Assembly: GCA_963664115.2 (NCBI GenBank)
Contig: CAXWPJ010000002.1
Location: 768,001-832,000 of the forward strand
DNA: 64,000 nt
Reading direction: 5' to 3'
Source of the DNA: Terriglobia bacterium
GTDB taxonomy: Bacteria; Acidobacteriota; Terriglobia; 20CM-2-55-15
Both the position numbers and the translations under genes were made by a program. Below, in pieces: positions 28,175 to 37,212 of the stretch (within the stretch, counting starts at the first letter, position 1; each line of letters opens with the position of its first letter). Under the pieces are notes generated by a model, which searched no databases, had not been told where the DNA came from, and worked only from the letters and a program-made list of their open reading frames with translations.

Positions 28175-29188
28175 ATGAAATCGAGAACAGTGCTTGTTGG
28201 GGTATCGTGTCTTGTCGGGGCCGCGCTCGTTCTGGCCCAGGCCCAGGCACAGGAAGTGCGACCGGGCGAAAGGGAATGGCTTGTCCGGGCGATTGCTGGC
28301 GTTGTCGCTTCCGGAGCCGAGTGGACGCTGGCCTGGGACGGCTATGACAATGCGGACGGAATTGTCGGTGCCCCCGACGGCAGCCTTCTGTTTGCTCAGG
28401 AACAGCCCAGCCGAGTGCGCAGGCTCGCGCCCGACGACAGCACCTCGGTTTACATGGAGGGCACCGGTCACGCCGGATCCATCGCCATTGATTCCGAGGG
28501 CCGTCTGCTTGCTGTACAGCGGGGTTGCACGGACCCGGGGCGACCTGCCGAAATTGAATGCAGCGTAGCGCCGAAACTCAGTGTCCTGGCTCCGGATTAC
28601 GAGGTCCGGGTGGACAGGTTTTCAAACGGCGACGCGTTTGGCCGGCTCAACGACCTGGTTGTCGATCGCAGGGGCGGCGCGTACTTCACGGTCGGAGGCG
28701 CCTACTACGCCAGTCCGGACGGCGAAGTGATCACGGTTGCTGCGGCCGGTGATATCCGTTCAAACGGGATTACGCTCAGCCGGGACGAACGAACCTTGTA
28801 CGTGACCAACCGCGAGGTCGTCGTCGCTTTCGATGTGCAGCCGGATGGGTCGGTGCGCAACCGCCGTGATTTCGGCACACTCGATGGAGATGGCGGCGGT
28901 GACGGGATGACCATCGATGCCGAAGGCCGGGTCTACGTAACCGGAAACCTGGGTGTCCATGTGCTGAGCCCGGAGGGAGAGCATCTCGGAATGATTCCGA
29001 CGCCGCGCCGTCCCATAACCGTTGCCTTCGCCGGACCCGAGAAGAAGACCCTTTATATTGTAGGTAGCGGGGCCGTTGACGTCTTCAGAGAACGGAATTT
29101 TGAAACCCCTGAGGGTGTTCGCAATAATTCGAAGACCATATACAAGATTCCCATGCTGGCCGAAGGATTCCAGGGGCGGGCAAAGTAG
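28175..29188 (+). CDS. SMP-30/gluconolactonase family protein, secreted
   Basis: NADG, LNDLVVD, NGITLS and DGMTIDAEGRVYV; GGAG RBS before MKSRT. Confidence 0.85.
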   Translation: MKSRTVLVGVSCLVGAALVLAQAQAQEVRPGEREWLVRAIAGVVASGAEWTLAWDGYDNADGIVGAPDGSLLFAQEQPSRVRRLAPDDSTSVYMEGTGHAGSIAIDSEGRLLAVQRGCTDPGRPAEIECSVAPKLSVLAPDYEVRVDRFSNGDAFGRLNDLVVDRRGGAYFTVGGAYYASPDGEVITVAAAGDIRSNGITLSRDERTLYVTNREVVVAFDVQPDGSVRNRRDFGTLDGDGGGDGMTIDAEGRVYVTGNLGVHVLSPEGEHLGMIPTPRRPITVAFAGPEKKTLYIVGSGAVDVFRERNFETPEGVRNNSKTIYKIPMLAEGFQGRAK

Positions 29189-29297
29189 AGGTCTCATCTG
29201 GGATTCTCGACGATGCCGCTGATGCAGATGACGTCTGCATGTGTTCTTGGCATTCATATCGCTGGTTTTTCCCCGCGCGCGCGGGATTGGAGAAATT

Positions 29298-30242
29298 ATG
29301 AAATCGAAGACTGTATTCACGATTATCGGATGTGTTCTGGGGTCGACCCTGATGTTTAGCTCGGTGACTGCGGCACAGGGGCCGCAGGCGGAGACGCCGG
29401 TCACGACTCGGAGCATCCCGGGGGTCGTCGCTGCCGGTGTGAGGGTCGAACATGTCTGGAAAGGATTGCAGGCAGCGGATGGTCTCATCAGCGAACCGGA
29501 CGGAACGCTCCTGCTGCCCGAGCAGCGAGCGGATAGGATCGGCAGGTTCAACGCGGACGGAACAGTCACGCCCTACCTGGAAGACACGAACGAAGCCGGT
29601 GGACTCGCGTTCGACGCGATGGGCCGCCTCATTTCTGTAGAGAGAAGAATGCCCCAGGTGAGGGTCCTGGTTCCCGAACGCAGAGTCCTGGCGGACAGCT
29701 ACGAAGGTGAGCCGCTCGGGCGGCTGAGCGATATCATCGCAGACCAGAAAGGGGGTGTGTATATCACCGAGGGCCGCAACGCCTCGGTCTACTACCTCAA
29801 CGCAGGCGGCAGACTCAACCGCGTCGCCGACGACATCGACGGCGCAAACGGCATCACGCTGAGTCCGGATGAGAGCACCCTCTACGTGACCAATCGAGAG
29901 GCCGGCATCCTGGCCTACGATGTTGCCCCGGACGGGGGTATCGGAAACCGCCGCCCCTTCGTGCAGCCGGAAGGCGGACAGGACGGCCTGGCAGTCGACG
30001 GCACGGGACGGCTCTATGTCGCCGGCCAGGCTGGCGTTCAGGTCTTCAGCCCCCAGGGACAGTTCCTGGGACTCATTCCCATACCCCGGCCTACGACGAC
30101 TCTGGCCTTTGCCGGACCGGACAAGAAGACGCTCTACGTCATCGGCCGCGGCAACGATCTTCCAGGCGGTGACAGCGGCGATGCAAGGTCGATGTACAGG
30201 ATCTCAATGCTTGCGGAGGGTTTCAAAGGCCGCGCCAAGTAA
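29298..30242 (+). CDS. SMP-30/gluconolactonase family protein, secreted
   Basis: NGITLSPDE and DGLAVDGTGRLYV; starts MKSKT. Confidence 0.85.
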   Translation: MKSKTVFTIIGCVLGSTLMFSSVTAAQGPQAETPVTTRSIPGVVAAGVRVEHVWKGLQAADGLISEPDGTLLLPEQRADRIGRFNADGTVTPYLEDTNEAGGLAFDAMGRLISVERRMPQVRVLVPERRVLADSYEGEPLGRLSDIIADQKGGVYITEGRNASVYYLNAGGRLNRVADDIDGANGITLSPDESTLYVTNREAGILAYDVAPDGGIGNRRPFVQPEGGQDGLAVDGTGRLYVAGQAGVQVFSPQGQFLGLIPIPRPTTTLAFAGPDKKTLYVIGRGNDLPGGDSGDARSMYRISMLAEGFKGRAK

Positions 30243-30303
30243 CGTAAGTCGTGCACGGTTTGAAACCGAGCGTGGGGCTGGAACAGGTCGATATACCGAA
30301 GAG

Positions 30304-30376
30304 GCCTCACAATCAGGATGATCGTGAGGCTCGCCGGTCGTTCCGACAGGATGTCCGATTGAACGACCGAGCGAAA
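30304..30376 (+). repeat. Second copy of the GGA-loop structured element
   Basis: GCCTCACAATCAGGATGATCGTGAGGC-TCGCCGGTCGTTC...CAGGATG...GAACGACCGAGCGAAA aligns to the reverse complement of 19918-19991. Confidence 0.75.
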
Positions 30377-30445
30377 AAAGCCCCCCGGCCCGGAGACTGA
30401 AGTTCAAAGTTATGCACTGCGGGCAGGGTCGAAGCCGCGTCCGTT

Positions 30446-31464
30446 CTATTTCGACCGACCCGGGTAGCCTCGGGCCACCATGGGAATCTTGTAGATCGTT
30501 TTGCCGTTGTTCCGGAAACCCTCCACAAGCTCATAATCTCTGCCATTAGGAGCCAGTGCTCCCCTGCCAACCACGTAGAGTGTCATCTTTTCGGGTCCCG
30601 CGAATGCAGCGTTGACGACGCCGCGCGGCGTGGGAATGGTGCCGAGGTATCCACCTTCGGGGCTGAATACGCGAACGCCGTTATTCCCGGTGACATAGAG
30701 ACGGCCTTCGTTGTCGACCGCCATGGCGTTGCCGTTCCCGTCGGGGAGCGTCGCGAATTCCCGCCCGTTGCCGACCGTTCCGTCGGCCTGGATGTCGAAA
30801 GCGTGGACCAGGGAGCCGCTGCCTATATAGAGGGTTGTTTCATCCGGACTCAGCATGATTCCGCTGGCGCGGATCGTGTCGCTGATTCGGATCGTCCGAC
30901 CGCCGGGCTTGATGTAATAAGCCAGGCCGTCGGTGAAATAAACTGTATCGTTCCTGTCGACGACGGCTTCGCTCGGCCGTGTGAGTGGGGTTCCCTCGTA
31001 GTTATCGGCGATGACCCGGCGTTCGTTTTCGGGATAAACGATGCCGATCTTTGTGGGCACGTTGCAGGGCAGATTGCCCCTGCCGGAATCCGTGCAGGTT
31101 TTCTGCGCGGCCACGAGGCGGCCTTTGTAGTCGATCGTGACGGCACCGGCACCTTCCGTGTTCAGGACGAACGCGGAGTCGTAGTCATTGGTGTCCAGTT
31201 TTCGGATAATGCTGGCCTGTTCCTGTGCGAACAGTACGCTCCCGTCCGCCATCCCGACGAGGCCGTCGGCGTTGTCGAGCCCCTGCCACACCTGTTCCCA
31301 TCTCACCCCCCAGCGATTACTCCAGGGATCTCTGTTATCGTCACCCCATGGGCCAGACTCTCCCGCGTCTGCGTCTGCGGCTGCTGGGCCGGGCTGGCCT
31401 GGGCAAGGGCAACAATCGACCCGCAAATGCACCCCATCATCACGATCAATGTTTTCGATTTCAT
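30446..31464 (-). pseudogene. SMP-30/gluconolactonase paralog with a single-base deletion frameshift in a G6 run (31306-31311)
   Basis: MKSKTLIVMMGC...IPGVIAGG* needs one more G to join VRWEQVWQGLDNADG. Confidence 0.75.
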
Positions 31465-31794
31465 GAACGTCCTCTTGCGTTACTCGGCGACTTAAACCTG
31501 GAAACATCCGTCTTCGTCCGAAACGTCCGTCCCCGGTTAAGCGCACACTCCTTACGGATGCCGCCATGCCTCAAACCGCATGAATCGACCCATCATGATT
31601 GTTCCTCGAGACTGCACCGTCAAGAGATTTTTCCGGATCGAGGGGGCACCCAAGTCCGTTATCGCGGATCTGATCTTCTGCTTGCGCCCAAACCCGGCCC
31701 CTTGTAACTTCGAGCTCTTTCTGCTTCACTTCCCAGGACACCCTAACGATTTTTAAATCAGGACACTACTTTCCTAACATTCACGGAGGGCGAG

Positions 31795-33156
31795 ATGTCA
31801 CGCTTTGCCTGCTTGCTTCTGTTCTGTGTCGTCGCCTGTTCGCCTGGCGGGGAGGCACCCCCAGCGTCGGTTGACGCGATGTGGTTCGAAGGCGCCCGAT
31901 TGATCGTGGGGGATGGAAGCGTGCCGGTCGAGAACTCCGCCTTCCTTGTCGAGGGCGACACCTTTACCTGGGTGGGGCGACAGGGTGAGGCCGAGCCGCC
32001 GGAAGGCGCCGTGCGTGTCAACCTGTCCGGCAAGTTCGTGATCCCCGCGCTGATCGATGCGCACCAACACATCGGACTCACGAACATCAAGGACGGAACC
32101 GACAGCAAAGACAACTACACCCGGGAAAACCTCGTCGAGCACCTCGAACGGACCGCGTACCACGGCGTCGCCGCCACGATGAGCCTCGGTCTCGAGTTCG
32201 ACGAGGAGCTGGCATTCGGGCTGCGGGGGGCTGTGATCCCGAACGCGGCACGCTTCCTCACTTCCGGTCGCGGAATCGCGGCCACGCCCATGGCGGGCCC
32301 ACAGGCCGGCTATCGCCTCGGGATTCCGCGGGGTGCGATCAACGAAGACGAGGGACGGGCGGCGGTAGAAGAGCTAGACGGTCTCGGCGTGGAACTCGTG
32401 AAGATATGGGTGGATGATCGGGGTGGCTCGGTGCCCAAGGTCGAGCCCGGGGTGTATCGGGCGATCATCGACGAAGCGCACTCCCGCCAGATGCGGGTCG
32501 TTTCACACCTGGGAACGACGAGCGCCCTGGCCGATGCAAAGGATCTCCTTCGGGCCGGGATTGACGGCTTCGCTCACACGGTCCGCGACCGCGACGTCGA
32601 CGAGGAATACCTGGCTCTGGTCCGGGAATACCCGGAGGTCTGGACGATTCCGAACCTTCCAGGTAATACCCTGACTATCGCCGACCTGCCCTGGCTGGCC
32701 CAGACGCTGCCTCCTTTCGAAATCGAAAGGATGCGCGAGCAGATTGAGAGTTCGCAGAATGCAGGACCTCCCGATCCAGACCCACTGTTTGCGCTTCAGT
32801 GCCGCAATCTCGCAAAGAATCACGAGGCCGGAATGATTATCGGCATGGGAACCGACTCGGGCACAAGCGTCGCCTGGACCGCACATACTGAAATGAGAGA
32901 CATGGTCAGCTGCGGGCTCAGCCCGATGGAGGCGATCATGGCGGCTACGAGCGTGAACGCCGGGATACTTGGGCTGGAGGATCTCGGGATGGTTGCGGAG
33001 GGCAAAAACGCTTCGTTCGTGGTGCTCGACGCGGATCCCCTGGATGACATCAACAACACTCGCCTTATCGATCAGGTTTATCTGCGGGGAACTGAAGTCG
33101 ACCGCGAAGCGCTCGGGGCCAGGTTCATGGAAGGCGTCGATCCAGAAGGCTTGTGA
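31795..33156 (+). CDS. Amidohydrolase family lipoprotein
   Basis: VVAC lipobox, PALIDAHQH, GTDSG and LDADPL. Confidence 0.85.
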   Translation: MSRFACLLLFCVVACSPGGEAPPASVDAMWFEGARLIVGDGSVPVENSAFLVEGDTFTWVGRQGEAEPPEGAVRVNLSGKFVIPALIDAHQHIGLTNIKDGTDSKDNYTRENLVEHLERTAYHGVAATMSLGLEFDEELAFGLRGAVIPNAARFLTSGRGIAATPMAGPQAGYRLGIPRGAINEDEGRAAVEELDGLGVELVKIWVDDRGGSVPKVEPGVYRAIIDEAHSRQMRVVSHLGTTSALADAKDLLRAGIDGFAHTVRDRDVDEEYLALVREYPEVWTIPNLPGNTLTIADLPWLAQTLPPFEIERMREQIESSQNAGPPDPDPLFALQCRNLAKNHEAGMIIGMGTDSGTSVAWTAHTEMRDMVSCGLSPMEAIMAATSVNAGILGLEDLGMVAEGKNASFVVLDADPLDDINNTRLIDQVYLRGTEVDREALGARFMEGVDPEGL

Positions 33157-33300
33157 GGTGACGACAAATCCCATTCCCGGACGTTGAAAACCCCATTTTT
33201 CAGGCTTTTCTCAATGTTCCACAAGGTCGTTTCTCGGGCCTTGACCTTCTGATTGCTTACAACCTCCACCTTTAGTATTTAGTATTGTTTATCGAGTTTT
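33154..33300 (+). repeat. Second kinase upstream element with paired dif-like sites (33154-33187, 33211-33244)
   Basis: Collinear with the reverse complement of 3460-3617; carries an extra TTAGTAT duplication. Confidence 0.75.
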
Positions 33301-33326
33301 TCCCTAGAAACAGACAGTGCACCTAA

Positions 33327-33353
33327 ATGTCGCTCTCAGCAGGCACAAGACTC
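33327..33353 (+). pseudogene. Kinase N-terminal relic MSLSAGTRL
   Basis: ATG at the position equivalent to the 3445 kinase start; resembles common kinase starts (M..xGTxLGxYE). Confidence 0.55.
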
Positions 33354-33370
33354 ACCGCTAATCCTGCATT

Positions 33371-34903
33371 CTACTTGTCGATTGCCGTCTGGAGTATCTC
33401 GGCGACCTCGTCGGAGGGCCGATTGTCGGCGCTGCCGGCGCGCCCCAAAGCCGCGTCGAGCGGCGACACGCCGAGGTCGTCCACGATGTCCACTTCCGCG
33501 CCGTGATCGATCAGATACTGGACCACGCGGGGCCAGGCCCATTGCACCGCGCCGAATAACGCGCTCTGCCCGCCCCGCTCCGGCAGCGTGGTGGAACGCC
33601 CCATGCGCGCGGTCCTGCCTTTGACGTCGGTGATCCGCGCATTCACGTCGGCGCCGACCGCCAAGAGCATTTCGAGTGTCGCGATCGCCCGATCCTCCAC
33701 ATCATCGGCGCTGGGATTGAAGCGCGGTCCGGGTTCCATGCCCAGCCCCGCGGCGCCTATCAGCGGCGTCACGCCCATCACGTTGGGCAGGTTGACACGC
33801 CCTCCGTAATCCAGCAACAGCCGCACGGCCTCGCTGTCTTGTCCCGCGGCGGCCCTCAGCAGAGGGGTGGCACCGGTGGTTATGATCTCGTCGGCGAAGC
33901 GGCCGGCGTTGCCGCCGCGCCCGGGCCGGTGCATGTTCAACTGAGGATTGGGGTTGACGCCAGTGTCCAGAAACAGTCGTGCGAGCTCGAACGCGGTGGT
34001 CTCCTCCGTCACGATGGGCGGCCCGGTGCGTTCGGCGTAGGCATCCAGACTGTAAGTATTCATATCGATCGCCGTGTGCAGCGGGGTGCGGCTCCACCAA
34101 TCCCAGACATGCGGATTGGCGCCGCGTTCGAACAGGAGCCTTGCCGTGTCGAATGCGAAATTGTCCATGGCCACGATCAGCGGCGTCACGCCGTCGGGGT
34201 TCGGTTGGTTGGGATCCGCACCGGCGTCCAGAAGCGCTTCCACGCAGCCCTTGCATCCCGAGCGCGCCGCATATAGCAACGGTGTCAGGCCGCCGGTGGG
34301 GCGATACTGGTTGCGCGGCTCGGCGGTCATCTGGCTCGGCCAGTCGTTGGCCAGCGCGCGGGTATTGACGTCCGCCCCGTGGTCGATGAGAAATTGCGTC
34401 AGCTCGACTGAGCCCGCGTCCGCCGCCCACATCAGCGCCGTCTGCCCGCGCCATGTCTCTCGTGCATTGACATCGGCACCGTGGCCGACCAGCAGCCCGG
34501 CAACGTCCAAGGAACCCGCGCGCGCGGCCAGCATCAGGGCCGTCTGGCCCTCTTGGTTAGCCACCTCCACGTCGGCGCCCGCATCAAGCAGCATTTCGAC
34601 CAGGCGGTCATCGGCAACCTTCACGGCCTCCGCTAAGGGGCTCGAGCCGTAGTTATTAATGACATCGGGCTGCGCCCCGCGCTCGAGCAGCGCGCGGGTA
34701 AGGTCCCGGTCGATCTTGTAGATTGCCCAGTGCAGCGGCGTGGTACCGTCTCCCTGGGCTGCGTTCACGTCGGCGCCCGCGGCGATCATCTCGAGCGCGG
34801 TGTCGCGATCCCCGGCCTGGATCAGACCGGCGAGGGTGTCAGCGGCGGCGGCAGTGCCGGGGGCTGCGAGCCAAAAAACGACTGCGAGTACTGCGTGCTT
34901 CAT
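33371..34903 (-). CDS. Secreted ankyrin repeat protein
   Basis: Many GxTPLxxAA...GADVNA repeats; signal peptide. Confidence 0.9.
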   Translation of the reverse strand: MKHAVLAVVFWLAAPGTAAAADTLAGLIQAGDRDTALEMIAAGADVNAAQGDGTTPLHWAIYKIDRDLTRALLERGAQPDVINNYGSSPLAEAVKVADDRLVEMLLDAGADVEVANQEGQTALMLAARAGSLDVAGLLVGHGADVNARETWRGQTALMWAADAGSVELTQFLIDHGADVNTRALANDWPSQMTAEPRNQYRPTGGLTPLLYAARSGCKGCVEALLDAGADPNQPNPDGVTPLIVAMDNFAFDTARLLFERGANPHVWDWWSRTPLHTAIDMNTYSLDAYAERTGPPIVTEETTAFELARLFLDTGVNPNPQLNMHRPGRGGNAGRFADEIITTGATPLLRAAAGQDSEAVRLLLDYGGRVNLPNVMGVTPLIGAAGLGMEPGPRFNPSADDVEDRAIATLEMLLAVGADVNARITDVKGRTARMGRSTTLPERGGQSALFGAVQWAWPRVVQYLIDHGAEVDIVDDLGVSPLDAALGRAGSADNRPSDEVAEILQTAIDK

Positions 34904-34914
34904 AACGATACCCA

Positions 34915-35838
34915 TCAGAGCAGATTCGGTGCGAGGGAATTGTGATGCGCCCAATAGCCCTTATGGGCGTCATAAGCGAACCTGAACGGGTCGTCGAAGG
35001 TCCGATACAGACCCTCCATGAGTCCTGCATCGAGCATGTCTTCGGCGCTCATGCCCTTCCTGACGAGCTCTAGCATGCGATCGAAGAGCACGCGCGTCAT
35101 GTCGCACTCGGCCTGTAGCTCGGCGCGGCCCACCACCGGACCGTAGCTCGGCACGATCCGCGTCTCCTCATCGCTGACTTCCAAAAGTTTTTCCTGCGCA
35201 TCGACGCGCCCACCCAGCCAGCCGCCGCCGAACCAGTCGAGCACCGGATCCCTGAGCGGCGAGACGGCATCACCCACGGCCAGCACGTTCGCGTCACGGA
35301 AGAATACATAGATGTCGCCGTCGGTGTGGGCCTCGAGCAGGTGGCCGTACTCGACCCGCTCGTCGCCGGCGAGGGCCTCGCCACCGTCGAAAAAGGTCTC
35401 GGTCGGGTGAGCCTCCGCGGGCAGCGCTTTCTCGTACCGATCCTCGTCCCGCAGGTAATAATCCGTCGCCAGATGCGCCCGGGTCTTCTCGTGAGCGATG
35501 ATCGTCGCCCCCGACTGCCCGAGGGCAAGGTTCCCGCCCACCTGCTCCAGGTGCCAGTGCGTGTTGAACACGGTCTCGACCCGGCCTGCGCCAGCCAGCT
35601 CGCCCAGGCTCCGAAGCACCGCGTCGGTGAATGCGGCCCCACCGCTGTCCACCAGCACCTGACCGGCGCTCGAGGGCCGCACCAGGATATTGCCCCCGGC
35701 GCCGGTGAGCATGACGAAACCGCCGCTCACCGGGACGATGGCGGGGCTCTCTTGGGAGAAACCGTAGCGGGCGAAGGGCGTCAGGGTCAGACCCGCGACG
35801 CCGCCTAACGCACCTTTCAATATTACCCTGCGGTTCAT
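34915..35838 (-). CDS. MBL-fold metallo-hydrolase-like protein with Tat signal
   Basis: MNRR leader, NTHWHLEQVGGN and AHTDGD; metal motif degenerate. Confidence 0.8.
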   Translation of the reverse strand: MNRRVILKGALGGVAGLTLTPFARYGFSQESPAIVPVSGGFVMLTGAGGNILVRPSSAGQVLVDSGGAAFTDAVLRSLGELAGAGRVETVFNTHWHLEQVGGNLALGQSGATIIAHEKTRAHLATDYYLRDEDRYEKALPAEAHPTETFFDGGEALAGDERVEYGHLLEAHTDGDIYVFFRDANVLAVGDAVSPLRDPVLDWFGGGWLGGRVDAQEKLLEVSDEETRIVPSYGPVVGRAELQAECDMTRVLFDRMLELVRKGMSAEDMLDAGLMEGLYRTFDDPFRFAYDAHKGYWAHHNSLAPNLL

Positions 35839-35856
35839 GGTCGGTGAGCCGGGCGA

Positions 35857-37212
35857 TCAGACTCCGGCGATCTCGCCGGTGCTGTCCCCGAAGCTCTCCA
35901 TCTCCAGGCCCGCCTTGTTCAGCAGCGTGAGGTGCAGATTCGAAACCGTCGTGCGTTCGGGCAGCTCGATCTGCTGTCCCCCATTGAGCGCGCCGGCGCC
36001 ACCGCCGACCAGGATGTTCGGCACCGGATGATTGTTGTGCAGGTCGCTGTTGGCCATGTTGGAGCCGTAGAGCAACATGGAGTTGTCCAGCAGCGTGCCT
36101 TCGCCGTCGGGTATCCCGGCGAGCTTCGCGACGAAATCCGCGAAGCGCTCCACGTGATAGCGCTGGACCCTGACCAGCTTGTGCATCCGATCGAGATTGT
36201 TGGCGTGATGTGACAGGGGATGGAAGGAGTCCGGCACGCCGATGTGATTGTAGGTCCGGTTCGTGCCTTCGGCGACCATGATGTAGGAGGCCACGCGCGT
36301 GAGATCGGCCTGATAGGCAATCGCGATCAGATCGAACATCAACCGCACCTGCTCGTCGAACGAATCTAGCTCGCCCAGCGGCGCTTCGGGCACCTCCACG
36401 CCCGAGAGATCACGGGTCTCGGCAAGTTCGACCCTCCGTTCGATCTCTCGCACCGTGTCCAGGTAGCCGTCGAGAATCGCTTTGTCGCCCGGACCCAGGT
36501 CCCGTTGCAGCGCCCGGGTACGCTCGGCGATGAGATCGAGCATGCTCCGTTTCTGCCTGATGATGGCCACGCGCTCTTGGGGTGTAGCGCCTTCACCGAA
36601 CAACTGTGCGATAACCTTGCGCGGGTTGAACTCCATCGGCAGGGGCGAGCTTGCATTCTGGTACGACAGCGTGGAGCTGTAGAGGCAGCCGTACCCGCCG
36701 CCGCACGCGACCGGCTGCATGTTACCCTCCGAGCAGACCTCCATCGACGGTAGCGCAGTCTCCTGGCCGATGTGGCCGGCAATGATCTGGTCGATCGTCG
36801 CCGACATGCTGGGACCGGGCGCTTCGAGATCGGGCTTGATACCACTGAGCCAGGTCGCCGGGTTGTAGTTGTGCACGGAGTCGGCGCTGGCCTTGTTCTC
36901 GAGATTGGAGAACGAAGTCACGACGTGCTTGTAGTCCTCGAGCGGCTCGAGAATCGGGCTGAGCTTAAAATCCGCGCCCGCGCCGCTCGGGGTCCAGTTA
37001 TCCATGTCCGGCCCATGGGGCGTGTTCCACAGGATCGCGCCGTGGGGAATGTAGAAGAAGCCCGCCCGCAGCTTCGGTGCGGCGGCGGTCTGCGCGAGCG
37101 CGGTGGCGGCCGGGATCATCGCATCAAGCAACGGCAGCCCGATGGACACGCCCAAGCCCTTGAGCACCGTCCTGCGAGAAAGATGTTTTTTGGTCAGATA
37201 CATGGCCTTCAC
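35857..37212 (-). CDS. DUF1552 (HXXSHH) protein
   Basis: LSRRTVLKG...LPLLDAM and FHPLSHH. Confidence 0.9.
   Translation of the reverse strand: MKAMYLTKKHLSRRTVLKGLGVSIGLPLLDAMIPAATALAQTAAAPKLRAGFFYIPHGAILWNTPHGPDMDNWTPSGAGADFKLSPILEPLEDYKHVVTSFSNLENKASADSVHNYNPATWLSGIKPDLEAPGPSMSATIDQIIAGHIGQETALPSMEVCSEGNMQPVACGGGYGCLYSSTLSYQNASSPLPMEFNPRKVIAQLFGEGATPQERVAIIRQKRSMLDLIAERTRALQRDLGPGDKAILDGYLDTVREIERRVELAETRDLSGVEVPEAPLGELDSFDEQVRLMFDLIAIAYQADLTRVASYIMVAEGTNRTYNHIGVPDSFHPLSHHANNLDRMHKLVRVQRYHVERFADFVAKLAGIPDGEGTLLDNSMLLYGSNMANSDLHNNHPVPNILVGGGAGALNGGQQIELPERTTVSNLHLTLLNKAGLEMESFGDSTGEIAGV

Noticed and set aside
31303-31305. TGA in the third lactonase as a possible third selenocysteine
   Set aside because: The homologous sequence continues in a different frame, so this is a frameshift and not read-through.
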